Assembly (NCBI GenBank): GCA_034717985.1
Contig: JAYEMH010000007.1
Coordinates: 1-49,955, forward strand
Direction of reading: 5' to 3'
Length of the DNA: 49,955 nucleotides
Source of the DNA: Candidatus Ratteibacteria bacterium
GTDB taxonomy: Bacteria > CAZDME01 > JAYEMH01
In this document: positions 9,444 to 19,182 of the stretch, piece after piece
Position numbering within the stretch: the first letter of the stretch is position 1
Layout of the letters: every line of letters starts with the position of its first letter
Notes under the pieces: generated by a model
What the model saw: only the letters and a program-made list of their open reading frames with translations
Told to the model about the DNA's origin: nothing
The model's database searches: none
Program-made: the position numbers and the translations under genes

Positions 9444-10640
9444 TTGGAAAGACAACCGAATACTCATGGATATTTTGGCCGGTTTGGCGGCCAATTTGTT
9501 CCGGAAACATTAATGCCGGCTTTGGAAGAATTAAGCCGGGTTTATACCAAAGCTAAAAAAGACAAAAATTTCCGCAAAGAACTGAATTATTATTTAAAAA
9601 ATTATGTCGGCCGGCCGACACCTCTTTATCGGGCGGAAAAACTTTCCAGGGCTTTAGGCGGGGCGAAAATTTATTTAAAAAGGGAGGATTTAGCTCATAC
9701 CGGAGCGCATAAAATCAATAATACCGTCGCTCAGGTACTTCTGGCTAAAAAGATGGGTAAGAAGCGGGTTATAGCCGAAACCGGAGCCGGGCAGCATGGC
9801 GTGGCGACGGCGACGGCGGCCGCTCTCTTTGGGCTGGATTGTGAAATTTATATGGGTGAAGAGGACATCAGACGGCAAGCCCTGAATGTCTACCGGATGG
9901 AATTATTAGGGACCAGGGTTAATCCTGTTTCGGCCGGCAGTAGAACCTTAAAGGACGCCATCAATGAAACCCTGCGTGACTGGGTAACCAATGTTCGGAC
10001 TACCCATTATGTTTTGGGTTCGGTGGTTGGGCCGCATCCTTTCCCGGTGATGGTCAGGGATTTTCAAACTATAATTGGAAAGGAAGCCCGCCGGCAGATT
10101 TTAAAAGAGGCGGGGCGGCTGCCCAGTTATTTAGTGGCCTGTGTCGGCGGCGGAAGTAACGCCATCGGATTGTTTTATCCCTTCCGGAAAGATCCGGTGA
10201 GGTTTATTGGTGTAGAAGCCGGAGGAGAAGGGATTCAATCCGGCCGGCATGCGGCTACGCTGGTTGCCGGAGAACTGGGGGTGCTGCATGGTAGTTTAAG
10301 TTATCTGATGCAGGATAAATTCGGTCAGGTTCTTCCCACCCACTCTGTTTCTGCCGGGTTGGATTATCCCAGTGTTGGTCCGGAACATAGTTTTTTCAAG
10401 GAGACCGGACGAGCCGAATATACGGCGGTTACCGACAAGGAGGCTATTGCCGGATTTCACCTTCTTTCCGAGTTAGAAGGAATCATTCCCGCCTTAGAGC
10501 CGGCTCATGCCATTGCCTATTTGAAAAAAATGGTTAATCGCTTGACTAAAAAGGATTTAGTGATACTTTGCCTTTCCGGACGGGGAGATAAAGATATTGA
10601 CCTTGTCAGACTCTGGGAGAAAAATGACTCGAATCGTTGA
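9444..10640 (+). CDS. trpB: Tryptophan synthase beta chain
   Basis: [24 protein letters not shown] and SAGLDYP motifs. Confidence 0.97.
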   Translation: MERQPNTHGYFGRFGGQFVPETLMPALEELSRVYTKAKKDKNFRKELNYYLKNYVGRPTPLYRAEKLSRALGGAKIYLKREDLAHTGAHKINNTVAQVLLAKKMGKKRVIAETGAGQHGVATATAAALFGLDCEIYMGEEDIRRQALNVYRMELLGTRVNPVSAGSRTLKDAINETLRDWVTNVRTTHYVLGSVVGPHPFPVMVRDFQTIIGKEARRQILKEAGRLPSYLVACVGGGSNAIGLFYPFRKDPVRFIGVEAGGEGIQSGRHAATLVAGELGVLHGSLSYLMQDKFGQVLPTHSVSAGLDYPSVGPEHSFFKETGRAEYTAVTDKEAIAGFHLLSELEGIIPALEPAHAIAYLKKMVNRLTKKDLVILCLSGRGDKDIDLVRLWEKNDSNR

Positions 10641-11436
10641 GCGGTTTAGAGAACTAAAAAAGAAGAAGCAAAAAGCCTTTATTGCCTTTTTGATGGGGGG
10701 CGACCCCAGCCTTAAGGAGACTGAATCTTTGGTTTATGAATTAGAGAAAAGGGACGTGGATATGATTGAAATCGGAGTTCCCTTTTCCGATCCGATTGCC
10801 GACGGGTCGACCATTCAAAGAGCCGGGGGGCGCGCCTTGAAAAATAAGGTTAGCTTAAAGGATATTCTTGATTTAGTAAAGAGGATCAGAAAAAAATCCC
10901 GGATTCCTTTGCTCATTATGACTTATTACAACCCGGTATTTAAATTCGGTCTGCAACATTTTGTCAAAGCGGCCAAAAAAGCCGGTCTTGACGGACTGAT
11001 TGTGCCTGATTTAACTCCTGAAGAGTCAGGTGAATTAGGCTCATTATGCCGGAGGCAAAATCTGGATTTGGTTTTTTTTATTGCTCCGACCAGCACTTTT
11101 AAAAGAATTGAACAGGTTAATTTGAAAAGCAGCGGTTTTATCTATGGTATTTCACTTTTAGGCGTAACCGGAGAGAGAAAAGTGCTTTTTCTGGGGATTA
11201 AGAAATTTCTTCAGCGGATAGAGAAACAGCTTAAATTGCCGTTAGCCATAGGTTTCGGCATCTCCGCGCCATGGCAGGCTCAAAAGATCGGTAGTCTTCC
11301 GGGGGTTTCCGGGATTATCGTGGGAAGCGCGATTGTAAAAAAAATAGAAGAGAGTTCAGGCAGGAAAGATTATCTGAAAAAAGTCGGCTCTTTTGTTGAA
11401 AGTTTAGTCCGCGGCCTGAAAGGGAAACAATACTAA
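10624..11436 (+). CDS. trpA: Tryptophan synthase alpha chain
   Basis: [17 protein letters not shown] and GFGIS motifs. Start set at ATG 10624. Confidence 0.95.
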   Translation: MTRIVERFRELKKKKQKAFIAFLMGGDPSLKETESLVYELEKRDVDMIEIGVPFSDPIADGSTIQRAGGRALKNKVSLKDILDLVKRIRKKSRIPLLIMTYYNPVFKFGLQHFVKAAKKAGLDGLIVPDLTPEESGELGSLCRRQNLDLVFFIAPTSTFKRIEQVNLKSSGFIYGISLLGVTGERKVLFLGIKKFLQRIEKQLKLPLAIGFGISAPWQAQKIGSLPGVSGIIVGSAIVKKIEESSGRKDYLKKVGSFVESLVRGLKGKQY

Positions 11437-11454
11437 ACAAAGGAAATTTTTAGT

Positions 11455-11483
11455 TTGCATTTAAAATGTATGTATGCTATATT
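11455..11483 (+). promoter_or_regulatory. Sigma70-type promoter
   Basis: TTGCAT-17bp-TATATT with TG extension, upstream of the small ORF at 11516. Confidence 0.55.
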
Positions 11484-11515
11484 TCTACAAAGCAATTATG
11501 GAAGGAGGATGAGTT

Positions 11516-11659
11516 ATGGAAGGTTATTGCGTTAAATGTAAGGCCAAGAAAGAAATGCAGGAGACTAAAGAGGTTACGATGAAAACCGGCCGCCGGGCGA
11601 TGAAAGGCAAATGTCCCGATTGCGGCACCGCTATGTTTAGAATTCTCGGAAAAAAATAA
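11516..11659 (+). CDS. Small zinc-ribbon protein (DUF5679-like), not in ORF track
   Basis: MEGYCVKCKAKKEMQETKEVTMKTGRRAMKGKCPDCGTAMFRILGKK. Two CxxC motifs and RBS AAGGAGG. Confidence 0.88.
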   Translation: MEGYCVKCKAKKEMQETKEVTMKTGRRAMKGKCPDCGTAMFRILGKK

Positions 11660-11693
11660 GCAAATCGGATATTTTATCAAATTTATCCTGGAG

Positions 11694-11713
11694 GGGGCAG
11701 GCATGCCTGCCCC
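11694..11713. repeat. Perfect 20-bp palindrome (REP-like or terminator hairpin)
   Basis: GGGGCAGGCATGCCTGCCCC. Confidence 0.65.
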
Positions 11714-11765
11714 GTTGCTTTATTTAATGGTCCTGTCAAAAAATGAAATTAAAGGAGTTCCTTGA

Positions 11766-12845
11766 ATGGTTGTAGCTTTAATTTTAGCTGGCGGAAGGGG
11801 AGAGCGTTTTTGGCCGAAAAGCCGAAAGAAATCACCCAAGCATTTATTGAAACTTTACGGCAAAAAATCTCTTTTGACTCAGACCGTAAAGAGATTGAAA
11901 AGTTTAGCTGCTCCTGAGCATATCTGGGTGGTTACCAATCAGGAACAGGCCAATTTAATCAGAGATGTATGGAAAAGAGAGGCCGTTAGAAATTCTCGCA
12001 TTTTAATCGAGCCGGAGGCAAGAGATACGGCGGCGGCTATCGGTCTGGCGGCTCTTAAAATGGAAAAAATCTATGGGCCGGAGACGATTATGCTGGTCGT
12101 ATCGGCTGACCACTGGATAGGAAAAACAAAGGTTTTCCAGGAGAGTCTGCGCCGCGGCATAGATTTATGCCGGCAAAAAAAAGGATTGGTAACTGTTGGA
12201 GTAAGGGCTGTTCGTCCGGAAATCGGATTTGGCTACATTGAAAAAGGAAGGCCGCATCCGGCGATACCCCGGGTTTTTAAAGTAAAGAGATTTATCGAAA
12301 AGCCTGGATTAGCCCGGGCAAAAAACTTCTCTCGCAGGTCAAAGTACCTCTGGAATTCAGGAATTTTTGTCTGGAAAATCGAAGAAATTTTGGCCGCTTT
12401 TAAAAAATATTTTCCGGCCGGTTTCAAATATTTATCTCAAATCGAGAAAGAGTCCGGCCGGCCAAATAAACAAAAGACCATTCTGGAAATTTATCGCCGG
12501 GTGAAAAAAGTCTCCATTGACTATGGGATAATGGAAAAGGCAGAAAATGTCTGGGTGGTAGAAGGAAAGTTTCCCTGGGAGGATGTTGGTTCCTGGGCGG
12601 CCTGGTCGGGAATTCAAAAGAAAGGGGCATCCGGAAACGTTTTGCTCGGGGAGGTTATTCCAATTAAGGTGAAGAATTCCATCATCTGGAGCGACAAGCG
12701 GCTGGTAGCAGCTCTGGGTATAGACAATTTAATTATCGTTGCTGAGAAAGATGCCGTTTTAGTTTGTGGGAAAGAGCACTCTCAGGAGATTAAAAAAATC
12801 ACGGCCAGGATTCGTCAAAAAAAGAAATGGCAGAAATACATCTAA
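11766..12845 (+). CDS. manC: Mannose-1-phosphate guanylyltransferase
   Basis: ILAGGRGERFWP.SR...PK, EP..RDTA, F.EKP, WNSGIF, SIDYGIME and WEDVGSW motifs. Confidence 0.92.
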   Translation: MVVALILAGGRGERFWPKSRKKSPKHLLKLYGKKSLLTQTVKRLKSLAAPEHIWVVTNQEQANLIRDVWKREAVRNSRILIEPEARDTAAAIGLAALKMEKIYGPETIMLVVSADHWIGKTKVFQESLRRGIDLCRQKKGLVTVGVRAVRPEIGFGYIEKGRPHPAIPRVFKVKRFIEKPGLARAKNFSRRSKYLWNSGIFVWKIEEILAAFKKYFPAGFKYLSQIEKESGRPNKQKTILEIYRRVKKVSIDYGIMEKAENVWVVEGKFPWEDVGSWAAWSGIQKKGASGNVLLGEVIPIKVKNSIIWSDKRLVAALGIDNLIIVAEKDAVLVCGKEHSQEIKKITARIRQKKKWQKYI

Positions 12846-12863
12846 AAAACGAAAATTGCGGTA

Positions 12864-14261
12864 ATGAACGAGACACCTAAAATAAAATTTGGGACTGACG
12901 GTTGGAGAGCGGTGGTTAATGAAGATTGCAGCCTTTCCAATATTAAATGTATCGCCCAGGCCATCGCCGACTATTTTAAAAAAGGAAAAATCATTGTCGG
13001 TTTTGATACACGCAATCTTTCTCCTGAGTTTGCTTCCGCCGCCGCCGCTGTCTTAAGCAGTAACGGATTTTCCGTAATTTTATCTAAAGATTACGTTCCC
13101 ACCCCTGTCCTTTCCTACAAGATTAAAGCCGAAAAAGCCGAAGCCGGGATAATGATTACCGCCAGCCATAACCCGGCCAAATACAACGGACTGAAAATAA
13201 AAGGGAGTTTTGCCGGGCCGGTAAATGAGCAGGTAACCAATCAAATCGAAATTTTATTGGATAAGAATCCGGTTAAAGAAACAGAAGATTCGAAAAATAG
13301 AATTATTACCGAGGATTTCAGCTCTGAGTATTTAGCCGGTGTGAAAAAATATATCAAGCAGGAATTTCTTAAGGAGAGCCGCTTCAAGGTTGTTATAGAC
13401 GGTATGTATGGCGCCGGGGGCGATTATTTGCCGCGCGCTTTAGAAGAGACTCCGGTTGAAATTAAAATGATACGGAATCAGAGGGACATCTCTTTCGGCG
13501 GAATCCGTCCCGAGCCAATTGCCGAGAATCTCCGGGCTTTGACGGAGAAGGTAAAAGAAGAAAAAGCCGCTCTTGGATTGGCGACGGATGGAGACGCAGA
13601 CCGATTGGGAATAGTCGATGCGGCGGGAAACTATATTAACGCCCAATTGGTTTTTTCTATGCTTTTACTGCATTTGCTTGAAAGCCGCCCCTGGCGAGGC
13701 GGCCTGGTTAAAAGTATTGCCTGTAGTTTTCTCCTTGATAAAATAGGCCGAAAGTTTCAACTGCCGATTTATGAGACGGCTATCGGTTTCAAGTATGCGG
13801 TTCAGTATATGCTTGACCAGGATATCCTGATGGCCGGCGAGGAAAGCGGCGGTTATGGATTTAAAGGACGACCGCCGGAAAGAGACGGGATACTGGCCGG
13901 ACTTCTACTTTTAGAAATGATGGGCAGAAGGAGGCAATCCTTAGGAGAAATCCTGAAATATCTGGAGAAAGAATTCGGGCCGTCTTTTTATCAAAGGGTA
14001 GATGTGCCGTGTTCTCCAATCAAAAAAGAGGAATACCTGAAAAAGCTCAGAGACTCCTTACCGAAAAGTTTGGGAAGAAAAAAAGTGAAGAATGTTAATT
14101 CAAAAGATGGCTATAAATTCATCCTTGAGGATGAAAGTTGGCTTCTAATGCGGTTCTCCGGTACCGAACCATTACTGCGTATTTATACGGAGGCAAAATC
14201 CTTAGAGGATGTTCAGCAATTGCTCCTTGAAGGCAAAAGAATGGCCGGTGTTGAGTTCTAA
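12864..14261 (+). CDS. Phosphoglucomutase/phosphomannomutase
   Basis: FGTDGWR, ITASHNP, DGDADR, GEESGG and R.SGTEP motifs. Confidence 0.92.
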   Translation: MNETPKIKFGTDGWRAVVNEDCSLSNIKCIAQAIADYFKKGKIIVGFDTRNLSPEFASAAAAVLSSNGFSVILSKDYVPTPVLSYKIKAEKAEAGIMITASHNPAKYNGLKIKGSFAGPVNEQVTNQIEILLDKNPVKETEDSKNRIITEDFSSEYLAGVKKYIKQEFLKESRFKVVIDGMYGAGGDYLPRALEETPVEIKMIRNQRDISFGGIRPEPIAENLRALTEKVKEEKAALGLATDGDADRLGIVDAAGNYINAQLVFSMLLLHLLESRPWRGGLVKSIACSFLLDKIGRKFQLPIYETAIGFKYAVQYMLDQDILMAGEESGGYGFKGRPPERDGILAGLLLLEMMGRRRQSLGEILKYLEKEFGPSFYQRVDVPCSPIKKEEYLKKLRDSLPKSLGRKKVKNVNSKDGYKFILEDESWLLMRFSGTEPLLRIYTEAKSLEDVQQLLLEGKRMAGVEF

Positions 14262-14279
14262 TTGGGGAAGGGAAATAAA

Positions 14280-14825
14280 ATGAAAAGGAAAAAATCGATT
14301 TTTAGAGAATATCTGGAGACGGTGATTATCGCCGTGGTTTTAGCCCTCTTTATTCGTACATTCATTGTTCAATCTTTTAAGATTCCCTCTGATTCTATGG
14401 TGCCCACTTTACAGTCAAAGCCTATCAATGACCGCATCATGGCAAATAAATTCATTTACAAATTTCATCCGCCCAGACGAGGAGACATCGTTGTTTTTCG
14501 TTCGCCGGCAGAACCCAAGAAAAATTTTATTAAAAGAGTGATTGCCGTTGGCGGGGAGGAAGTAGAAATAAAAAACGGAGATATTTACATTGATAGACTT
14601 AAGCTGACTGAACCCGAGGAAATTGTCAATATTTATTATTACGCTTCCGGGTCGTCCTATGGAAGCGGAAAAATTGAGGTGCCTTTAGGCCATTTTTATG
14701 TTTTAGGCGATAATAGCGCCAATAGCCAGGACAGCCGTTATTGGGGATTTGTGCCCGGGGAAAATGTTGTCGGCAAGGCGCTGTTTATTTTTTGGCCTCC
14801 TTATCGAATCGGAAAGGTAAGATAG
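14280..14825 (+). CDS. lepB: Signal peptidase I
   Basis: IPSDSMVPTL, FIKRVI and GDNS.NS.DSRYWG motifs. Alternative TTG start at 14262. Confidence 0.93.
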   Translation: MKRKKSIFREYLETVIIAVVLALFIRTFIVQSFKIPSDSMVPTLQSKPINDRIMANKFIYKFHPPRRGDIVVFRSPAEPKKNFIKRVIAVGGEEVEIKNGDIYIDRLKLTEPEEIVNIYYYASGSSYGSGKIEVPLGHFYVLGDNSANSQDSRYWGFVPGENVVGKALFIFWPPYRIGKVR

Positions 14826-14844
14826 GTTCTAAGAGATTTCAACT

Positions 14845-14992
14845 TTAATTACCAATAACCAAGATACAAGTTACAAACAATCACCAATATTCAATAACCA
14901 ATTACCAAACATGATTTTACTATATTTTTTGGTTATTTGAATTTGGTTACTGGTCATTGTTTGATTATTGTTTCTTGATTATTGGTTATTTT
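14845..14992 (-). repeat. ~150-bp heptamer-built hairpin element, copy 1 (TAACCAA family), inverted relative to copies 2 and 3
   Basis: Its reverse complement aligns colinearly with 22593-22732 and 16514-16690. Arms are of the aaccaat and attggtt types. Confidence 0.88.
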
Positions 14993-14993
14993 A

Positions 14994-15022
14994 TTGACAA
15001 GGCACCGAAGAGGTGGTATAAA
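14994..15022 (+). promoter_or_regulatory. Sigma70-type promoter for the tonB-like gene
   Basis: TTGACA-17bp-TATAAA with TG extension. Confidence 0.65.
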
Positions 15023-15048
15023 AAAGAAAAACACCCGGGGGAATCCAG

Positions 15049-15681
15049 TTGGGCAGTTATTCATTATTGAGGCTCAGTTTTGTCATTTCTTTATGTATCC
15101 ATTTCAGCCTGGGTTTTTTGCCTTGTTTTACTCCCCCCCAAGCTCATCAATCACCCTCAAAATTCATGGAGGTAGTTTTTTCAAAAGTCAGGAAAAACAA
15201 AGTTTCGGCTGGAGATAAAAAGAAGATAGCAGAGAATAATCCGGTAGAGTTAAAGAAAGCAAACCGGGCGGCTGATGTTTGTGCTCAGCCGATAGAGAAA
15301 AAGTATTACGAAGAGACGAATGATAAGAAGGTGATAATTGCCGAGCAATTTGAACTTGATTTGATTAATCTTGAAGGCAATTGCTCATCCAATTTATTTT
15401 TTGACTACGCTCATCTTTTGCGAGCTTGCATACAAAAGGAGATAATCTACCCTTCGCCGGCTTTTAACCAAAATATTCAGGGCAGGGTTCAGCTGAAATT
15501 TATCCTTTTGCCCGATGGCAATTTAAAAAATGTCTATATTGTGGAATCGTCGAATTATTTAATTCTTGACACCGCCGCAATTAATGCCATAGAAAAAGCC
15601 AATCCGTTTCCTCCGTTTCCCGGGAATTTGAGAGCCAAAGAGCTTTTCGTCAAGGTTCCGATCATTTATAAACCAAACTAA
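15049..15681 (+). CDS. TonB family energy transducer
   Basis: N-terminal anchor S..IH and C-terminal YP..A....IQG.V...F...PDG...SS...LD.AA...A.PFPPFP. Confidence 0.8.
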   Translation: MGSYSLLRLSFVISLCIHFSLGFLPCFTPPQAHQSPSKFMEVVFSKVRKNKVSAGDKKKIAENNPVELKKANRAADVCAQPIEKKYYEETNDKKVIIAEQFELDLINLEGNCSSNLFFDYAHLLRACIQKEIIYPSPAFNQNIQGRVQLKFILLPDGNLKNVYIVESSNYLILDTAAINAIEKANPFPPFPGNLRAKELFVKVPIIYKPN

Positions 15682-15684
15682 AGA

Positions 15685-15772
15685 CCGTATATCGTATTCC
15701 GTATTTCGTATACCGCAAGTATTTTTTCCTGTTTAAGAATCACGATATACGAACGACAGTATACGGAAGACG
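15685..15772. repeat. Heptamer inverted repeat (CGTAT family)
   Basis: Left arm ccgtata tcgtatt ccgtatt tcgtata. Right arm acgatat acgaacg acagtat acggaag. Confidence 0.75.
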
Positions 15773-15777
15773 AAAAT

Positions 15778-16497
15778 ATGTATGTAGAAAAAAATTATCG
15801 TGGGTCTGTTAAAGAAGAAGACCTGGTAAATTTCACCGTAAGAGAAAAGGAGACAGATCTTTTAATTTCGGCTGACAAGGATTTAAGACGGATTGCCCGG
15901 CAGGCAATTTTAGACGGGCGTAAAATCCTGGAAGATTATATCAAGTATCATCCCGATTTTTCTATCACGCTTGCACCTTATCACCCTGAACCGAAGGCGC
16001 CGGCCTTGATTCAAGAGATGGCGGAGGCCGCCGGTTTAGCAGGGGTGGGTCCGATGGCTGCGGTTGCCGGACTTTTTGCTCAGAAAGCGGGAGAAGCTCT
16101 CCTGCCATTCTCCTCTCAGGTGTTGGTAGAAAACGGAGGAGATGTTTTTATTACCACTAAGAAAAAAAGGAGGATTGGAATATATACCGAGAATGGTAAT
16201 TTTGGTGATAAATTGGCATTGGAAGTTTCTCCGGAAGATTCTCCGTTGGGGATTTGTACTTCATCCGGGAAACTCGGCCATTCTTTAAGTTTTGGAAAAG
16301 CTGATGCGGTAGTTGTTCTCTCCCATCAGGCCAGCTTAGCTGATGCTGCGGCTACAGCGATAGGCAACCGGGTGAAAAATATAAAGGATATATCTTTAGC
16401 TTTAGCCTGGGGAAAAACTATTTCCGGTATTATGGGCATTTTAATTATGATAGATAAGAAAATTGCTGTTTGGGGAAGAATGAATTTAGTAGTGTAA
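15778..16497 (+). CDS. UPF0280 / ApbE-like family protein
   Basis: GVGPMAAVAG, VENGGD, CTSSG..GHSLSFG.AD and ADAAATA motifs. Confidence 0.88.
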   Translation: MYVEKNYRGSVKEEDLVNFTVREKETDLLISADKDLRRIARQAILDGRKILEDYIKYHPDFSITLAPYHPEPKAPALIQEMAEAAGLAGVGPMAAVAGLFAQKAGEALLPFSSQVLVENGGDVFITTKKKRRIGIYTENGNFGDKLALEVSPEDSPLGICTSSGKLGHSLSFGKADAVVVLSHQASLADAAATAIGNRVKNIKDISLALAWGKTISGIMGILIMIDKKIAVWGRMNLVV

Positions 16498-16513
16498 AAA
16501 GTTGTATGGAGAT

Positions 16514-16707
16514 AAAATAACCAAGATACAAGAAACAATAACCAAATAATAACCAATAACCAAATTCAAATAACCAAAAAATATGATAAAATTAGTAATA
16601 AACTGATAGGTTTGATGATTGGTTATTGAATATTGATGATTGTTTGTAACTTGTATCTTGGTGATTGGTGATTTAGGTAATTGGTGATTTAATAGATATC
16701 TTTGACA
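16514..16707 (+). repeat. Heptamer-built hairpin element, copy 2 (TAACCAA family)
   Basis: aaccaagatacaagaaacaataaccaaataataaccaataaccaaattcaaataaccaaaaaatat...ttggttattgaatattg...ttggtgatttaatagatatctttgaca. Confidence 0.88.
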
Positions 16708-16735
16708 AAACGGTAAGTTTATTCGGGAGGGAAGA

Positions 16736-17512
16736 ATGCAAAGTTTTGAGATAAATCCTTTGAAAGTTAAAAAGCAGTTAGTTGAATTCATAAAGGAAGA
16801 GGTAGATAAGCGGGGATTTTCTAAGGTTGTTATCGGGCTTTCCGGCGGAATTGATTCTACCGTAGCGGCTTATCTGGCCGTAAAAGCCTTAGGGAAGGAT
16901 AACGTGATAGGATTATTACTGCCTTATGGGAAAGCTTTTATAACCGATCTAACCATCGCCAGACTGGCTGCCGAGAACCTTAAGATAGAAACTAAAGAGA
17001 TTGATATCTCTGCAGCGGTTGATGCCGCCTGTTTTTTAGTCGGGTGTGCGCGGGATAAAGTTGGAAAAGGAAATATTATGGCCCGGATACGGATGATTAT
17101 TCTCTACGACCGTTCCCGCTTTTTAAATGCGCTGGTTTTAGGCACCGGCAATAGAAGCGAAAGTCTTTTAGGTTATTGCACTCTCTGGGGAGACATGGCC
17201 TGTGCTATCGCCCCGCTGGGCAGTTTGTATAAAACACAGGTTTACACCTTAGCCAATCATCTGGGTATTCCTCAGACAATTATCAAAAAGCCTCCTTCGG
17301 CCGGGTTATGGGAGGGCCAGATTGACGAAGATGAATTAGGGGTTACTTATAAAGAAGCTGACCGTTTATTATATTTTATGGTTGATAAGAAATATAATTT
17401 TGACCGATTACGGCGGGAGGGATTTCAGTCAAGTTTCATTTATCGGGTAAAAAGTATCTTAGCCCAGGCTGCATTTAAGAGACAATGGCCGGCGGTGCCG
17501 AAACGCAGTTAG
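16736..17512 (+). CDS. nadE: NH3-dependent NAD+ synthetase
   Basis: GLSGGIDS, GNIMARIRM, GTGN.SE..LGY.T.WGD and PSAGLWEGQ.DE motifs. No glutaminase domain. Confidence 0.93.
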   Translation: MQSFEINPLKVKKQLVEFIKEEVDKRGFSKVVIGLSGGIDSTVAAYLAVKALGKDNVIGLLLPYGKAFITDLTIARLAAENLKIETKEIDISAAVDAACFLVGCARDKVGKGNIMARIRMIILYDRSRFLNALVLGTGNRSESLLGYCTLWGDMACAIAPLGSLYKTQVYTLANHLGIPQTIIKKPPSAGLWEGQIDEDELGVTYKEADRLLYFMVDKKYNFDRLRREGFQSSFIYRVKSILAQAAFKRQWPAVPKRS

Positions 17513-18846
17513 AGAATCGGCAGGTACTTTTTTAATTCATGGGAGGTTATCTGAATGCGATAGTCCTCCCATTCTTTATGTTTATTTAAAAGGAAGCGAT
17601 TGAAGATGTGTTCGCCCAGGGCTTTTTTAACGAACCGGCTTTTTTCTGTTTCCTGGATGGCTTCAAAAAGGCTGCCGGGAAGGGCAACCAATTTCCTGGT
17701 TTCTATTTCTGACATCTTCATCTTGTAGATGTTTGGTTCAACTGGGGGAGGCAGTTTGTATTTTTTCTCAATGCCTTCTAATCCGGCCGCTAACATAACG
17801 GAAAATGCCAGATAAGGATTGCAGGCGGGATCCGGACAACGCAGTTCGGTGCGGGTTGCCTGTTCGTTTCCCGGATGATAATGAGGAACGCGAATAAGGG
17901 TGGTCCGATTGCGCTGTGCCCAGGATATATAGACAGGAGCTTCATATCCGGCGACTAAGCGTTTATAAGAATTGACCCACTGGGCGGTTAAAGCGCAAAT
18001 TTCCCGGGCATGGATAAGCTGCCCGGCAATAAATTGTTTGGCGGTTTCCGAGAGGTGATATTTATCATCGGCATCAAAGAAGATATTTTTATCTCCTTGT
18101 TTAAAGGACTGATGCAGGTGCATGCCATTGCCATTTAGGCCAAGTAGAGGTTTAGGCATAAAGGTGGCATAGACGCCATTGCGCTGGGCAATTTCCCTGA
18201 TAACCATCCGGCAGGTAATGATATTGTCAGCGGTGATAAGCGCTTCGTCGTATTTTGGGTCAATTTCGTGCTGGCTGGGGGCAACTTCATGGTGACTGGA
18301 TTCAACGGTTACACCCATTTCTTCCAGCATTTTAATGCTCTGGTTGCGAAGATAATTAGCCAGGTCATTAGGTATGACTTCAAAGTAGGTCCCTTCATCA
18401 ATAATTTCCGGGGCCTTATCGTTCTTAAAATAGAAATATTCCAGTTCAGGGCCGACGCAATACCGGAATCCCATCTTTTTTGCCCGAGCGATATTTCTCT
18501 TCAGGGCATAACGGGGATCACCCGGATAAGGATTGCCTTCAGGGGTTAGAATGTCGCAAAAAAGCCGGGCAATACGCGGGCGGTCAGTCTGCCAGGGCAA
18601 AATTTGGAAAGTAGCCGGATCCGGTTTAGCGACGATATCGCTTTCTTCAGCTTCGGCAAAACCGGTTATCGAAGAGCCGTCAAAGCCCTTGCCATAGTCA
18701 AAGGCTTCTTTCAATTCGTTACTGGTGATAGATACACATTTAAGAATTCCCAGGATATCGGTAAACCAGAGCTGAATAATTTTTACTTTTTCATCCGAAA
18801 CTTTGGAAAGGACTGTTTGCCTGGTGTATTTTTCTTTTTTTACCAT
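17509..18846 (-). CDS. glnA: Glutamine synthetase type I
   Basis: FDGSSI.GF, GPELEYF, HHEVAPSQHEI, TFMPKP and NSYKRLV.GYEAP motifs. Start set at ATG 18846 after AGGAGG. Confidence 0.95.
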   Translation of the reverse strand: MVKKEKYTRQTVLSKVSDEKVKIIQLWFTDILGILKCVSITSNELKEAFDYGKGFDGSSITGFAEAEESDIVAKPDPATFQILPWQTDRPRIARLFCDILTPEGNPYPGDPRYALKRNIARAKKMGFRYCVGPELEYFYFKNDKAPEIIDEGTYFEVIPNDLANYLRNQSIKMLEEMGVTVESSHHEVAPSQHEIDPKYDEALITADNIITCRMVIREIAQRNGVYATFMPKPLLGLNGNGMHLHQSFKQGDKNIFFDADDKYHLSETAKQFIAGQLIHAREICALTAQWVNSYKRLVAGYEAPVYISWAQRNRTTLIRVPHYHPGNEQATRTELRCPDPACNPYLAFSVMLAAGLEGIEKKYKLPPPVEPNIYKMKMSEIETRKLVALPGSLFEAIQETEKSRFVKKALGEHIFNRFLLNKHKEWEDYRIQITSHELKKYLPIL

Positions 18847-18873
18847 TATTTCCTCCTTTAGATTTACACCCTG

Positions 18874-18902
18874 ATTATAACCCAAATTGATTGGTAAGGC
18901 AA
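18874..18902 (-). promoter_or_regulatory. Sigma70-type promoter of glnA
   Basis: Minus strand TTGCCT-17bp-TATAAT. Confidence 0.6.
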
Positions 18903-18926
18903 GAAGAAAAGAAGAAAAGTTACTCC

Positions 18927-18955
18927 TTTACAAAGGTTCTGAAGTATGCTATGTT
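18927..18955 (+). promoter_or_regulatory. Sigma70-type promoter of the rpsU operon (divergent from glnA)
   Basis: TTTACA-17bp-TATGTT with TG extension. Confidence 0.55.
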
Positions 18956-19015
18956 ATTTTAATATGCAGGATATACTAAAAGGGTAATATTGCCCGAGAA
19001 AGGGGTGTAAGAGAA

Positions 19016-19180
19016 TTGTCAAAAGTCGAATTAAGGCCAAATGAGCCTTTAGAAAGAGCTCTGCGCCGATTTAAGAAGAAAGTGGATCGCGAAGGAATAA
19101 TCCAGGAGATTAGAAGGCACGAGCATTATGAGAAACCCAGTCAAAGAAAACGACGGGAAAAAACAGGAAAGAAAAAATAG
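19016..19180 (+). CDS. rpsU: 30S ribosomal protein S21, not in ORF track
   Basis: TTG start. MSKVELRPNEPLERALRRFKKKVDREGIIQEIRRHEHYEKPSQRKRREKTGKKK. Confidence 0.93.
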   Translation: MSKVELRPNEPLERALRRFKKKVDREGIIQEIRRHEHYEKPSQRKRREKTGKKK

Positions 19181-19182
19181 GA

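Noticed and set aside
11477-11704. 75-aa minus-strand ORF
   Set aside because: It is antisense to the better-supported zinc-ribbon gene at 11516-11659.
14982-15218. 78-aa plus-strand ORF and the other short overlapping ORFs in the track
   Set aside because: They overlap well-supported genes in other frames or strands and have no motifs.
16326-16791. Minus-strand ORFs 16326-16556 and 16486-16791, and 22369-22639
   Set aside because: They are translations of the heptamer repeats or antisense to real genes and the tRNA. Their mutual similarity reflects the DNA repeat.
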